DNA of 64,000 nucleotides from Nitrospirota bacterium (GCA_963790205.1 CAWBNQ010000003.1:640001-704000), one strand, 5' to 3'; positions 49,289 to 61,002 are shown, counted from the stretch's first letter. The notes: a model not told the origin generated them from the sequence alone. Program-made: numbers and translations.

Positions 49289-51340
49289 ATGAAAGAGCTG
49301 TTTAAGAACATGAAAATCGGAGGAAAGCTGGCTGTCTTGGTGGGGCTTATGTCGCTTCTGCTCGTTGCCACGGGGATCTATCTGCTCCGCGGCATTTCCG
49401 GGACCAACAAGCGGCTGACTACAAACATGGCCACGGCCGAGGCCTACACGCGGGCGGCGGGTGACGCGGACGACCTCGAGATAGCGTTCAAGAAACAAGT
49501 GCAGGAGTGGAAAGACACGCTCCTGAGGGGCAACGATCCTGCACTGTTCGCCAAATACCATGATAATTTCCTGAAAGAGGAAGCCGATGTGAAGTCCCGC
49601 GGGAAGGATCTGAAGGTGTCTCTGGCAAAGCTCAACGTGGACACGGCAAGACTGGATGAATTTTTAAAAACACATGCTCTCCTGGGGGAGAAATACCAGG
49701 AGGCGCTGAAAAGCTATCGTTCCGGCAATGTGCAGAGCTTCCGCATCGTGGACATTATGGTGAGGGGAATCGACCGGGAGCCGACGGAGATCATCGATTC
49801 GGTCGCCGAAAACACGCGGAAGCAGGAATCGGAGATGTTCGCGGAAGTGGCGAAAAAATCCGCTGAGTCTTATAACTCCGTTTTCAGGAACTCCCTCATC
49901 TTCATGGCGCTCGGGATCGGGCTGGGTATCTTCCTTTCCCTGGTGATCATCCGCGCCATTACGGTGCCGCTCAACAACATCGTGCTGGTGGCGAACAAAA
50001 CGAGCGAGGGGGACCTGTCGCATGAAGTAACGGTCGAAAGCGCGGACGAGACCGGCATGCTGGCCTCGGCGTTCCGGGACATGATGGCCTATCTGCGTGT
50101 GATGGCAAAGACGGCCGAACACATTTCCGATGGAGACCTTCGGGGAGACGTGACGCCGAAATCGGACAAGGATGTGCTCGGCAACGCCTTCAAGGCGATG
50201 ATCGGGGGTTTGCGGGGCCTTGTCACCGATATGAGGACCGGCGCGGACCAGATGGCCACGGCCTCGGCCCAGATCGCGTCCACCTCAGAGCAGGCGGCCC
50301 GGAATAACGAAGCCGCCGCGACCGGCGTGGAGGAGACCACGTCCACCATGCACGAGATGTCCGCGAACATCCAGAACGTGGCCAAGAACTCGCAGAGCCA
50401 GGCGTCGTCCGTTACCGAGACCTCGGCGTCCGTTGAGCAGATGGTGACCTCGATCCAGCGGATCGCGAACACCGCGAAGCAGTTCATCGAATTGTCGCAA
50501 AAGACGAAAAAGGCCGTGGATGCGGGCCTCGATGCGGTCGAAAAATCGGTCAAGGGCACGGACGAGATCAATAAATCAATCGCCCGCTCCGCGGACACGA
50601 TTGCCGCGCTGGGCACCCGGGTCGAGGATATCGGCAAGATCGTGGACGTGATCGACGAGATCGCCGAGCAGACGAACCTGCTCGCTCTGAATGCTGCCAT
50701 CGAGGCGGCCCGTGCGGGCGAACAGGGCATGGGCTTCGCGGTCGTGGCGGAGGAAGTGAGAAAGCTCGCCGAGCGTTCGGCCAAGTCCACCAAGGAGATC
50801 GCGGAGCTGATCTCGGGCATCCAGAAGGAGGCCCAGGAAGCGGTCAGGGTCATGGAAAAATCCACCCAGCTCGTGGAAAAGGGCGTGGAGATGAGCAGGC
50901 AGGTGGGCGACACGCTCAAGGCCATCGACGGCAACGTGGTCGAGGTGGACAAGTACTCGAAGGAGATCGGCGCGGCCACGCAGGAGCAGTCCTCCGGGAG
51001 CACGCAGATCGCCAAGTCCGCCGAGAACCTGAGGGAGGTGACTCACGAGATCAGCTCCGCGACCGAGGAGCAGGCCTCGGCCGCCGAGCAGATCGTGAAG
51101 ACCATGGAGAAGATGCGGGAGATGATCCACCAGAACGCCTCGGGCACCACGGAGCTCGCCTCTTCTGCGGAACAGCTCCGCTCCCAGGCCGACCGGTTCC
51201 AGGAGATCGTCGGCAAGTTCGTGCTGGACGACGGCGACGGGGCCGTGGTCACATCACTGAAGAAAAAGGCGGCGTCGAAGCCTGACGGCAACGGTTCGGG
51301 AAAAAAGACCGTGCTGCAGGGACTGGCAGGAGCCGCGTAA
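49289..51340 (+). CDS. Methyl-accepting chemotaxis protein 2
   Basis: [15 protein letters not shown] sensor domain, two HAMP, MCP signalling domain. Confidence 0.94.
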   Translation: MKELFKNMKIGGKLAVLVGLMSLLLVATGIYLLRGISGTNKRLTTNMATAEAYTRAAGDADDLEIAFKKQVQEWKDTLLRGNDPALFAKYHDNFLKEEADVKSRGKDLKVSLAKLNVDTARLDEFLKTHALLGEKYQEALKSYRSGNVQSFRIVDIMVRGIDREPTEIIDSVAENTRKQESEMFAEVAKKSAESYNSVFRNSLIFMALGIGLGIFLSLVIIRAITVPLNNIVLVANKTSEGDLSHEVTVESADETGMLASAFRDMMAYLRVMAKTAEHISDGDLRGDVTPKSDKDVLGNAFKAMIGGLRGLVTDMRTGADQMATASAQIASTSEQAARNNEAAATGVEETTSTMHEMSANIQNVAKNSQSQASSVTETSASVEQMVTSIQRIANTAKQFIELSQKTKKAVDAGLDAVEKSVKGTDEINKSIARSADTIAALGTRVEDIGKIVDVIDEIAEQTNLLALNAAIEAARAGEQGMGFAVVAEEVRKLAERSAKSTKEIAELISGIQKEAQEAVRVMEKSTQLVEKGVEMSRQVGDTLKAIDGNVVEVDKYSKEIGAATQEQSSGSTQIAKSAENLREVTHEISSATEEQASAAEQIVKTMEKMREMIHQNASGTTELASSAEQLRSQADRFQEIVGKFVLDDGDGAVVTSLKKKAASKPDGNGSGKKTVLQGLAGAA

Positions 51341-51358
51341 TGTCGGAATACCCTCATT

Positions 51359-51384
51359 CCGTCCCTCCCGAAGCGGGAGGGCGG
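51359..51384 (+). other. GC-rich intergenic hairpin without U-tract
   Basis: CCGTCCCTCCCG-AAG-CGGGAGGGCGG. Confidence 0.5.
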
Positions 51385-51428
51385 GTGTGAGAAGGATGTA
51401 CTACGCGATAAAAGGAGGAACAAGTATC

Positions 51429-52310
51429 ATGAAAACGACAGTGAGCAAAATTACGCTTTCTCTTGCAGTGTTATTTCTTTTGACAAGCGCAGCGTCCTGG
51501 GCCGCGGGAATCAAATGGGTCGGATGCGGCGTCTCGAAGAAGGCGTTCATGGGCGCGCTCGCGGCGGCCTATGAGAAAAAAACGGGCGTCAAGATCCAGC
51601 TCGGGGGGGGCGGCGCGACGCGGGGGATCGTGGACGTGGCGGAGGGAAAGGCGGACATCGGCGGGACCTGCCGACACGCGCTGATGCGGCAGGAGGAACG
51701 CGGCATACGGCTCGTCCCTGTCGGGTGGGACGCGCTGGTCGTGCTGGTACACCCGTCCAACCCGGTAGGCAATCTCACGATGGAACAGTTGAAGAGCATC
51801 TATACGGGAAAGATCACCAACTGGAAACAGGTGGGCGGACGCGACCGGAAGATCCTCGTTGTTGCGCGCGCGGGAAAGATCTCGGGAGTGGGACGGATGT
51901 TCCGCGAGCTGGTGTTCAAGAACCCCGATCAGGATTTTACCCCGAACGCCAGGATCGTGGAAGAGTCTACCGGCGTGGAGCAGACCGTTGAAAACGACCC
52001 CGGTGCCATTGCGGTCAGCGGGGTGAGCAGCGCCCATAAACGGGCGGTCAAGCTGGTGCGGGTCAACGGCAAGGCCCCTGTCCGGGAAAACATCGCGGAT
52101 GGATCGTACCTTCTCTATCGCCCTCTCTACCTGGTGACCAAAGTGGACGCTTCTGAAGAGGTCAGGAAGTTCCTCGCTTTTGCCCGGAGCGCGGAAGGCC
52201 AGGCCGTCATTTCGGGAGAGGGCACCGTGAACTTGAAGGAAGGGGCGCGCTTGTGGGCCCTGTACGGCCAGCAGATGAAGGACGCCGGCGTTACGCCGGG
52301 GACATTCTAA
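51429..52310 (+). CDS. PstS-like periplasmic substrate-binding protein
   Basis: Signal peptide; [46 protein letters not shown]. Confidence 0.88.
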   Translation: MKTTVSKITLSLAVLFLLTSAASWAAGIKWVGCGVSKKAFMGALAAAYEKKTGVKIQLGGGGATRGIVDVAEGKADIGGTCRHALMRQEERGIRLVPVGWDALVVLVHPSNPVGNLTMEQLKSIYTGKITNWKQVGGRDRKILVVARAGKISGVGRMFRELVFKNPDQDFTPNARIVEESTGVEQTVENDPGAIAVSGVSSAHKRAVKLVRVNGKAPVRENIADGSYLLYRPLYLVTKVDASEEVRKFLAFARSAEGQAVISGEGTVNLKEGARLWALYGQQMKDAGVTPGTF

Positions 52311-52330
52311 AGGACCGCGGGAGGCTCACC

Positions 52331-54205
52331 ATGCAATTAGGGACATTGATGAACAACTGGAAGCTTACGAAGAAACTGGTCGTTGCTATTCTGGCCGTGC
52401 TTGCGCTGGTGTTCGCGGCGCTGACCGCGGTCCTGAGCTTCCACGAGCGGCAGGTCCTCCTGCACGAGCTCGACAAGAAGGGTGCGAGCCTCGCAAAGTT
52501 CGTGGCGGACATTTCAACGGAGCCGATATTAAGCTATAACTTTACCTACCTGGAAAACTACGTGCGGGACATCACTTCCGGCGACAAGGACATAGCCTAT
52601 GCGGTCATCCTCGGAAAGGACGGCAGTCCTTTGACACACCAGGGAGAGGAAGCCGGGGACAAAAAGGGCATCCGTGAGTACACCAGCCCGATCATGCAGG
52701 GTACGACCGGGATCGGCACGGTCAAAATAGGATACAGCACCTCCGTCATCAGCAGTGCCTTGCTCAGCTCCCGGCTCATCATCGCCGTGCTGTCAGTCTG
52801 CACCCTGCTCGTAATCTCCGTCACCATGTTCCTCCTGTTCCGGGCCATGGCGCTCCGGCCTATTGCAATGCTCAAAAAGGTCATGGAAGCGGTCGCCGCC
52901 GGCGATCTGACGGTAACGGCCGAGGTCCGGAACGGAGATGAAATCGGCGAGCTCAGTCAACGCATCAACGGGATGATCGGTTCCCTGGCCAATCTCATCG
53001 GCCAGGTCAAATCATCGTCGGAAAGCATCATTGCCGCTTCGGACAGCATCGCGGCAACGTCCGAAACCATTACCTCTTCGGCCGCCGGAACGGCGTCGAC
53101 CGCCGAACTAGCGGCAAAAAACAACGATTCCGCGGCGTCCGCCGTGGAGGAGACGTCGGCCACCATGCAGCAGATGTCGTCCAATATCCAGAACGTCGCG
53201 CGCAACGCGCAGAACCAGTCCGCATCGGTTTCGCAGACCTCGTCCTCGATCGAGCAGATGATCGCGTCGATCAAGAGCGTCGCGGGTACGGCTGAACGGC
53301 TCGTGGCCCTGTCCCGGAACGCGAAGAAAACCGTCGTTCTCGGTTTTGAATCGGTCAATAAGTCGAATAAGAGCTCCGAGGAGATCAGCAAGGCGATCAA
53401 CCGGTCGGGAGATACGATCGCGGCGCTCGGCTCCCGTGCGGAGGACATCGGCAAGATCGTGGACGTGATCGACGGGATCGCCGACCAGACCAACCTCCTT
53501 GCCTTGAACGCCGCGATCGAAGCGGCGCGGGCAGGGGAGCAGGGAGCAGGGTTCGCGGTCGTGGCCGAAGAGGTGCGAAAGCTCGCGGAGCGGTCGGCGA
53601 AGTCCACGAAGGAGATCGGGGAGCTGATCTCCGGAATGCAGAAAGAGGCGATCGAAGCCGTTAAGAACACGGAAAGGACGGTGGAGATCGTCGAGAAGGG
53701 CGTCGAGCTGAGCAAACAGGTCGGGGACGCCCTGAAAGAGGTCAACCGCACCGTGGAGGAAGTCGATTCCTGCGCAAACGCGATCGGTGCGGCGACCAGG
53801 CAGCAAAACAGCGGAAGCAGCCAGATCGTATCGTCGGTCGAGACCCTGCGGGAGATGACCCGTGAGATCGCTTCGGCCACCGAAGAGCAGGCGTCGGGCG
53901 CCGAGCAGATCGCGCAAACGATGGAAAGGATGCGGGCGAACCTGCATCAGAACGCTTCGAGCACGGCCGAGCTGGCCAAGTCAGCCGAGCACCTGCGTTC
54001 GCAGGGCGCTGCGGAGCTTGCGGAATCGGCAGGGCAGCTCCGCTCCCAGGCCGGCCGGTTCCAGGAGATCGTCGGCAAGTTCGTGCTGGACGACGGCGAA
54101 CGGGCCTCTGTCACACCGCTGAAGAAGGCCTTGCCAAGGCACGACGACAGCAAAGGCCCGGGAGGCAAGGAGCCGATGCATCGTAAACTGGGAGCGGCTG
54201 CATAA
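52331..54205 (+). CDS. Methyl-accepting chemotaxis protein 3
   Basis: Two [36 protein letters not shown]. Confidence 0.93.
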   Translation: MQLGTLMNNWKLTKKLVVAILAVLALVFAALTAVLSFHERQVLLHELDKKGASLAKFVADISTEPILSYNFTYLENYVRDITSGDKDIAYAVILGKDGSPLTHQGEEAGDKKGIREYTSPIMQGTTGIGTVKIGYSTSVISSALLSSRLIIAVLSVCTLLVISVTMFLLFRAMALRPIAMLKKVMEAVAAGDLTVTAEVRNGDEIGELSQRINGMIGSLANLIGQVKSSSESIIAASDSIAATSETITSSAAGTASTAELAAKNNDSAASAVEETSATMQQMSSNIQNVARNAQNQSASVSQTSSSIEQMIASIKSVAGTAERLVALSRNAKKTVVLGFESVNKSNKSSEEISKAINRSGDTIAALGSRAEDIGKIVDVIDGIADQTNLLALNAAIEAARAGEQGAGFAVVAEEVRKLAERSAKSTKEIGELISGMQKEAIEAVKNTERTVEIVEKGVELSKQVGDALKEVNRTVEEVDSCANAIGAATRQQNSGSSQIVSSVETLREMTREIASATEEQASGAEQIAQTMERMRANLHQNASSTAELAKSAEHLRSQGAAELAESAGQLRSQAGRFQEIVGKFVLDDGERASVTPLKKALPRHDDSKGPGGKEPMHRKLGAAA

Positions 54206-55039
54206 ATGTTGACCGACGAGGAGTTCAGGCTTTTCAAGAACATTATTTATGAGGAATCCGGCCTGTTCCTCGCGGAAGCGAAAAAGGACTTCCTCGAGAA
54301 CAGGCTCATGAAAAGGATGCGGGCGACGAACATGACGACCCCGTACTGGTATTACCGGTTCCTCCTGGCGAACAGGAAAGCCGAACTCCTCGTGCTGCTC
54401 GACTGCCTCACGATCAACGAGACGTCTTTTTTCAGGAACGAACCGCAGTTCGAGCTCTTCAGGAACATCATACTTCCCGACGTGATCGAGCGGCGGAAGC
54501 GCGAAATCCAGAGAAAACTGAGGATCTGGTCGGCGGGCTGCTCGACCGGCGAAGAGCCCTATTCCATCGCGATGTCGGTCCTTGATACGGTCCCGTATCC
54601 CGACCTCTGGGACATCAAGATCTACGCGTCCGATCTGAGCTTGAAGGCCCTCGAAAATGCGCATCGCGGCGTCTATCCGTTGGCCAAGGTGAAAGAGACG
54701 GTCCCCGGGGGAACGCTGGCGCGTTATTTTGAACCCCGGGCCGACGATGTTCGGGTGATTGACGCCGTGCGAAGACGTGTGGTGTTCGACTATCACAACC
54801 TGAAACACGAGAACGGCCTGCGTGATCTGGATGTCATATTCTGCCGGAATGTGATGATTTATTTTGACGAAGAGGAGCAGAAGAGACTGGTGGGCAAGTT
54901 TTACGGCCGTCTCGGCCCCGGCGGATACCTTCTGCTCGGCCATGCCGAAAGCCTGCACGGGTGGAATATGGATTTCCAGTTTGTGCACGACAACAAGGGG
55001 ACGGCGTATAAAAAGACCGGCAAGGGAGACGCGACATGA
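54206..55039 (+). CDS. cheR: Chemotaxis methyltransferase
   Basis: TINETSFFR, IWSAGCSTGEEPYS, IFCRNVMIYF, GHAES. Confidence 0.95.
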   Translation: MLTDEEFRLFKNIIYEESGLFLAEAKKDFLENRLMKRMRATNMTTPYWYYRFLLANRKAELLVLLDCLTINETSFFRNEPQFELFRNIILPDVIERRKREIQRKLRIWSAGCSTGEEPYSIAMSVLDTVPYPDLWDIKIYASDLSLKALENAHRGVYPLAKVKETVPGGTLARYFEPRADDVRVIDAVRRRVVFDYHNLKHENGLRDLDVIFCRNVMIYFDEEEQKRLVGKFYGRLGPGGYLLLGHAESLHGWNMDFQFVHDNKGTAYKKTGKGDAT

Positions 55040-55404
55040 GGATCCTGCTCGCTGAAGACGACAAAAATTTCGGATATGTCCTCAAGGGAGAGCTGGCGGA
55101 CACCGGCTACGAGATCGACCTTGCGCAGGATGGAGTCGAGGCGGTGATGAAATTCATCGACGGGGACTATGATTTTGTCCTCCTCGACATCAAGATGCCG
55201 AAGCTGGACGGCATCAATGTCCTGCGGATCATCAAGAAGCTGAATCCCCGGGTCCCGGCCATAACCTATTCGGGTAACGCGGGCAGCGGGGAAATGGCCG
55301 AGTCGGTGAAGGCCGGGGCGATACGGTGTCTCACCAAACCCTTTGAAATAAGTCAACTCAAGGAAGAGCTCAGGAAGTATCAATCACGGCACAACGGGGC
55401 ATGA
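55036..55404 (+). CDS. Single-domain response regulator
   Basis: LLAEDD, LLDIKMP, TKPF. Confidence 0.9.
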   Translation: MRILLAEDDKNFGYVLKGELADTGYEIDLAQDGVEAVMKFIDGDYDFVLLDIKMPKLDGINVLRIIKKLNPRVPAITYSGNAGSGEMAESVKAGAIRCLTKPFEISQLKEELRKYQSRHNGA

Positions 55405-55405
55405 T

Positions 55406-57419
55406 ATGACGGATGAATGCAGCCAATGGAACGAACAAGAGGTCGCTGAACTGAAGAGGGTCTTCTATGCCCAGGCGTACGAGATCGTGGAAGAACTTCA
55501 GGATTCGATGCTCAAACTCGAGGCGGAGCCGGGGAACGACGATGTCCTCAGGCTTGTCAAACGGCATGTCCATACCCTCAAGGGAGATTCTAATTCCATC
55601 GGGCTCGTGTCCATCGGGACGCTCTGCCACCGCATGGAAGACGTTCTCACGTCCCTCGCAAACAACGGCAGGGAGGCGGAGCGCGAGGCCGTTGACATCC
55701 TCATGTTTTGTGTCGACGCGGTGTATGACCTTCTCGCGAAAAGCGAAGCAGGCGGGGAAACCGGACAGGCCCATGAGATCATCGGCAGGATCGGCCGGTT
55801 TCTCGGCAATGCCGCGCCGGCGCCGTCCGCCGCCGTCCGTCCGGCTGCGCCCACCGAGTATCAGGAACTCCAGATCCAGGAGGTCTTGAAGAGCGGCCAG
55901 CGGGTGTATGTCATCAATGTCGGTTTTGACCCCCGGTGCAAGGAAAAGAGCGTGGCAGCGCTCATGATCATGCGGAACCTGGGCAACGCCGGCAGCATCA
56001 TAGCTTCAGTCCCCGATCCGGAGAACAACGATCTCAACGAGGCGCAAACCGTGACGTTTTTCCTCGGCTCGAAGCTCGATGCGGAAACCGTGAAAAAGGA
56101 AGCGTTTCTCACCGGAATGACCGCCGAGATCCTCGTCAGAGAGTGGGAAGAGAGAGCGCAAAGAAAAGAGGGCCCGGCTCAGCAGCAGCCGTCGCCCGCT
56201 GCGCCGTCTTCACGAAACGAGACCCTCAGGGTCGACGCGTCCCGGGTGGACCTGCTCATGGATTTGGTGGGAGAGCTCATTATCGGCCGGTCCATGATCG
56301 AACAGGTCACGCGGGAGATCGCCGCCGGAGCATCAACGGGCGAGGTGGCCGGCCGGCTCGCTTCCGTGAACGCCTCGATGGAACGAACGGTATCGGACAT
56401 TCAGAAAGGCGTCATGAAGATGCGCATGGTGCCCATGCACCACGTGTTCAGAAAATTCCCGAAGATCGTGCGAGACCTCGCAGCGGACAAGGGCAAGCGC
56501 GTGCGGCTTGAGCTCCTCGGGAGCGAGACTGAGCTGGACAAGGGGATCGTGGACGCTTTGGGAGAGCCGCTGTCCCACATCATCAGGAATTTCGTCGACC
56601 ACGGGATCGAAGCGCCCGAAGAGCGGCGCAGGGCGGGAAAATCCGGAGGAAGGCGTGATCACCCTCCGGGCCTGTCATGAAGCTTCGCAGATCGTTATCG
56701 AGGCCGGTGACGATGGCAGGGGCATCGACGTCCCGAAGCTCAAACAGAAGGCCCTGGACGGCGGTTTTCTGAACCCGCAGGAAGCGGACAGAATATCGGA
56801 AGCGGACGCCGTGAACCTCATCTTTGTTTCCGGCTTGAGCACCGCGGACGCCGTGAGCACGACCTCGGGCAGGGGCGTGGGCATGGACGCGGTGAAGTCG
56901 GCAGTGGAAGGCATGAAGGGATCCATCGAGATCGATACGAAAGAGGGCCGGGGTACCATCTTCCGCCTTCGGCTTCCGCTTACCCTCGCGGTGATCAAGG
57001 CGTTGCTCTTTGAGGTTGCCGGACGGATGTACGCGGTCCCGGTCCCCGCCATAGCGGAGGTCGCGAAAGTCACGCTCGACGACCTCGTCACGGTGGACGG
57101 AAAAAAGACGCTCCTCCTCAGGGACCAGATCATCTCCATCATCTCGCTGGAGGACCTGTTCATGATGAGCGGGAACGGGACGAAAAAGAAGTTCGTCCTC
57201 ATCCTCAGCATGGGCGCGAAGAAAGTGGGGCTCCTGATCGACCAGGTCATGTGGCAGCAGGAGCTGGTGATCAAGGCGATCGACGACCGCCATATGCGGT
57301 CGGATCTTCTCGCGGGCGCTTCCATTCTCGGCAACGGGAAGGTAGTGCTCATCCTCGATGTCTTCGCCATATTCAAGAAGGCCGTCGAGCGGGAAAAGAA
57401 AAGACTGGCAATGGTATGA
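55406..57419 (+). CDS. cheA: Chemotaxis histidine kinase CheA (apparent +1 frameshift near 56640)
   Basis: HTLKG Hpt domain, LVGELII, HIIRNFVDHGIE, SGRGVGMD, LPLTLA and a CheW domain over two frames. Confidence 0.92.
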
Positions 57420-57426
57420 CGAGGGT

Positions 57427-57510
57427 AAAATTCCAAATTTCCAAAAAGTTTGGCGTTTCGTGCTTGGTGCTTGGAATTTATTTGTTATTTGATGCTTGAG
57501 CATTGGTATT
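57427..57510. repeat. Heptamer-periodic AT-rich repeat (TTGGTGC / TTCCAAA type)
   Basis: AAATTCCAAATTTCCAAA..TTTGG..TGCTTGGTGCTTGGAATTT..TGCTTGAGCATTGGTATTT between cheA and cheB. Confidence 0.55.
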
Positions 57511-57540
57511 TTCCCCTGTCTATCATGAAAGGTACGCACG

Positions 57541-58626
57541 ATGGATAAGATCAGGGTCCTGGTTGTCGATGATTCGGCGCTCATGAGGAAGATGATCCCC
57601 CAGATCCTTTCATCCGACCCGGGCATAGAGGTCGTGGGGACCGCCATGGACGGCCTCTTTGCCCTGAAAAAAATGAAAGAGCTGCGGCCGGACGTCGTGA
57701 CCCTCGACGTCTCCATGCCGAGGATGGACGGGATCGAGACCCTTAGGCATATCGTGGAGGACTTCGGGACCCCGGCCATCATCGTGAGCTCGCTGGCGCA
57801 GAGGGACACGGAGCTCACGTTCCAGGCCCTGGAGATCGGCGCCTTCGACTTCGTGACAAAGCCGCAGGACGCCATCTCCGTGCATATCACCGAGATCGGC
57901 GCGGAGCTCACTGCAAAGGTAAAGGCCGCGCGCGAAAACCCCCTGGCAAGGTTTCGGATGGTGCAGGGACGCCCCGCCCGGCGCCCGGAGAAGAAGCAGG
58001 TCCGGCTCGTGGGCACACGGTCGGTGGACCGTCTCCTTGCCATCGGGATATCCACCGGCGGCCCGAATGCCCTGAGCTATCTTTTGCCTCAGATCCCGAA
58101 GGATTTTCCGGCCGGCATCCTCATTGTGCAGCACATGCCCGCGGGGTTCACGGAGATGTTCGCCTCCAGACTGAACACAACCTGCGAGATCGAGGTGAAA
58201 GAGGCAAAAGACGGGGACCTCGTTCTTCCCGGGAGGGCGCTCATCGCGCCCGGCAACCGCCACCTCAAGATCAAGCGGATGTCGCTCGGCACCATTGCCG
58301 TGCTCTCCGATGCGCCGCCGGTCTCCGGGCACCGCCCGTCCGCCGACGTGCTGTTCCGGTCGGTTGCCTCCGAATACGGGCGAAGCGTCACTGCGCTGAT
58401 CATGACCGGCATGGGCTCCGACGGGGCCGAGGGGATCGGCGAGATCAAGGCCCGGGGCGGCATGACCGTGGCCCAGGACGAAGAGAGCTGCATCGTCTTC
58501 GGGATGCCGAAGGTGGCGATCGAAAAGGACCATATCGAAAAAATCGTTTCTCTCAAGGACATGGGTGCTTTTCTCTCGGACCATTTCTTGAGCAAGGAGG
58601 TTGCACATGGCGCACTCAGTTGCTGA
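57541..58626 (+). CDS. cheB: Chemotaxis methylesterase response regulator
   Basis: REC domain plus GISTGGP, VQHMP, HRPSAD, MTGMGSDG. Confidence 0.96.
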   Translation: MDKIRVLVVDDSALMRKMIPQILSSDPGIEVVGTAMDGLFALKKMKELRPDVVTLDVSMPRMDGIETLRHIVEDFGTPAIIVSSLAQRDTELTFQALEIGAFDFVTKPQDAISVHITEIGAELTAKVKAARENPLARFRMVQGRPARRPEKKQVRLVGTRSVDRLLAIGISTGGPNALSYLLPQIPKDFPAGILIVQHMPAGFTEMFASRLNTTCEIEVKEAKDGDLVLPGRALIAPGNRHLKIKRMSLGTIAVLSDAPPVSGHRPSADVLFRSVASEYGRSVTALIMTGMGSDGAEGIGEIKARGGMTVAQDEESCIVFGMPKVAIEKDHIEKIVSLKDMGAFLSDHFLSKEVAHGALSC

Positions 58627-59014
58627 TGCGGACAGAAAAGAATTCCGGTGCCTCGTCGCGGACGACTCGGCGTTTGCCAGAAAGAACATCTCACAGGTCC
58701 TGGAAAAGCTCGGCGGGAGCGTGGTCGGAGAGGCGTCGAACGGGGTGGAGGCGCTGGCCCTTTACGGTACGCTGCATCCCGACCTGGTGCTCCTGGACAT
58801 AACCATGCCCCAGCTGGACGGCGTGGAGACGCTCCGCCAGATCATCGAACAGGACAAGAACGCCAGGGTGATCATGGTCAGCTCCATCGGCCACAAGGAG
58901 ATGGTGTGGAAGGCGATCTGCCTCGGCGCCAAGAGCTTCGTCACCAAGCCCTACGATCCCGACTATGCCGGCATGATCATTCAGGAAGTCGTCGGCGGGA
59001 AGGGAGGCGAATAA
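58607..59014 (+). CDS. cheY: CheY-like response regulator
   Basis: VADDSAFAR, LLDITMP, FVTKP; AAGGAGG RBS. Confidence 0.85.
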   Translation: MAHSVADADRKEFRCLVADDSAFARKNISQVLEKLGGSVVGEASNGVEALALYGTLHPDLVLLDITMPQLDGVETLRQIIEQDKNARVIMVSSIGHKEMVWKAICLGAKSFVTKPYDPDYAGMIIQEVVGGKGGE

Positions 59015-59015
59015 C

Positions 59016-59477
59016 GTGAGATACGAATATATTGATCCTTTCGTCACGACCACCATTCGGGTCCTCGACAACGCCATCCCGGGGAACATCCGCAGGGGAG
59101 ACATTACCGTGCTGCAGGGAGACCGGATGAAAGGGGACGTGGCCGTGCTGGTCAGGATCACCGGCGACGCTGAAGGCGATATCATTCTCAGTATGGACAC
59201 GGCCACCGCGCTCAGGATCTGCGCCTCGCTGTTTCGCGAGGACTTTGCAATCATGACGCCGAAGAGCGTGGATGCGCTCATGGAAATTGCGAACATGATC
59301 ACGGGCAACGCGGTCAGCGCCCTCAATGATCAGGGGTTCGACTTCGTGGTATCCCCTCCCGTGGTGATTACGAGAGATGACGGCAGGGAACGGCTCCCCG
59401 GCGTGGAGTCGCTGCAGATTCCCCTCTTTTCCGAATGCGGTGAAATGGTGATGAATGTCGTGTTGGGCCCAGACTAG
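59016..59477 (+). CDS. cheX: CheX family phosphatase
   Basis: YIDPF, ALMEIANMITGNA, SPPVV. Confidence 0.88.
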   Translation: MRYEYIDPFVTTTIRVLDNAIPGNIRRGDITVLQGDRMKGDVAVLVRITGDAEGDIILSMDTATALRICASLFREDFAIMTPKSVDALMEIANMITGNAVSALNDQGFDFVVSPPVVITRDDGRERLPGVESLQIPLFSECGEMVMNVVLGPD

Positions 59478-59494
59478 CAAAGGCGGTGTGTCCC

Positions 59495-60553
59495 ATGGCT
59501 GACGGCACCTCCATACTTTTTGTAGATGACGAAACGAGGATCCTGAAGGTGTTCTCTTCGCTGCTCACGGAAGCAGGATACTCCATCACGACGGCATCCC
59601 AGGCTGATGACGCAGTGCGGCTCATATCCGATAACCGGTTCGACATTGTTTTTCTTGACCAGTTTCTCGGTCCGACCCGGGGACTCGACGTGATGCGCCG
59701 TATGGCGGAGGTGAACGCGGACCTTTCCTATGTCATCATCACCGGCAACGGGAGCGCCGATCTCGCCGTCGAGTCCCTCAAGAACGGGGCTGTGGATTTT
59801 ATCACCAAACCGTTTTTGGTCACTGATCTGATCAAGAGCATCGAGTATGTAAAAAAACGGCGCAAGCTCGACCAGGAGCGAAGAGACTGGCTGACGGAGC
59901 TTCAGCTTGTGGTGAATGAAAAAACCGATGAGTTGAACCGGGTCTATACGCATGTGCTGGCCTCTCTCGCGCAGGCCATGGAAAAAAAGGACATGGGCAC
60001 CTATGGGCACAGCAGGCGGGTCAGTTACAATGCCCGCTTGTTAGCCGCCGCCCTCGACATGGGGGAACAGGAGCGGACAGATCTTAAGACCGCGGCCCTG
60101 CTTCACGATATCGGTAAGATCGGCATCACCGATTTCATCCTCGGCAAGGAAGGTCCTCTCACGGAGGCGGAGCGGGCTGTCATCCGCAGCCATCCGCAAA
60201 AGGGCGTCGAGATCCTCAAGCCGCTCAAGCAGTACGAGCGCATCCTTCCCAGCATCCTCCATCACCACGAAAACTACGATGGGAGCGGATATCCCCACGG
60301 GATTGCCGGAGAACGGATCCCTCTCCACGCCCGGATCATCGCCGTCGCCGACACCTATGATGCAATTCTTTCTTCCCGTCCTTACCGCTCCGCCGCCGGC
60401 CATGACCGGGCGATTTCCGAGCTGGTCGCGAACGCGGGCAGGCAGTTCGACCCGGACATTGTAAATGCCTTTGTTCTGACGGATGCAAAATACCGCCATA
60501 TATCCGCGCACGCCGGACCGCAGGGTCACCCCTGCCGGGCCGGAAAGGAGTGA
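59495..60553 (+). CDS. Response regulator with HD-GYP phosphodiesterase domain
   Basis: REC domain plus LHDIGK, HHHENYDGSGYP, IIAVAD. Confidence 0.92.
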   Translation: MADGTSILFVDDETRILKVFSSLLTEAGYSITTASQADDAVRLISDNRFDIVFLDQFLGPTRGLDVMRRMAEVNADLSYVIITGNGSADLAVESLKNGAVDFITKPFLVTDLIKSIEYVKKRRKLDQERRDWLTELQLVVNEKTDELNRVYTHVLASLAQAMEKKDMGTYGHSRRVSYNARLLAAALDMGEQERTDLKTAALLHDIGKIGITDFILGKEGPLTEAERAVIRSHPQKGVEILKPLKQYERILPSILHHHENYDGSGYPHGIAGERIPLHARIIAVADTYDAILSSRPYRSAAGHDRAISELVANAGRQFDPDIVNAFVLTDAKYRHISAHAGPQGHPCRAGKE

Positions 60554-60591
60554 TCGCCCGGGGAGACTCCCCGGCGGTTCTGCGGGCTGTT

Positions 60592-60701
60592 ACCCCGTTA
60601 GAGAAATCCGCCGGCTTCTGTCGGCGGCACACATCATTCCTCAGATTGTGGTTCAAAGCCACAATCTTATATCGTTAGAGAACGAAGTTCTCTAACGGGG
60701 T
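60592..60701. repeat. ACCCCGTTAGAGAA inverted-repeat element
   Basis: Perfect 14-bp IR (60592-60605 / 60688-60701) with an alternative internal hairpin at 60673-60697. Confidence 0.7.
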
Positions 60702-61002
60702 TTACCCTGTGCTTTTCATGTTTTGGCGGATTTTTCTTCCTGATTGCCGGACGAATGCCGATTTCCTTGCAACTCGCTCCTAAACTGCGACGTTCAAACT
60801 GCCATTGGCAAGTTCTCCCCTTCGAGGGGGTATTTCTCTTCATCCGGAGAACGACCCATGGTGTGAATGCACCTCCTCTTTTTACTCATTCAGCGTACAT
60901 TGGAGAGTTATCACTGTCTCCGAAACCGCAATCGACAAACCTCAATCGGCAGTATTGCAAATGGAGCGGAAGTATGATAAGCTTTTTAGATTCGGAGGTC
61001 GT

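Noticed and set aside
60660..60712. c-di-GMP-I riboswitch (minus strand GCACAGGGTAAACC)
   Set aside because: The GNRA/receptor and second stem are missing; the region is explained by the CCCCGTTAGAGA inverted repeat.
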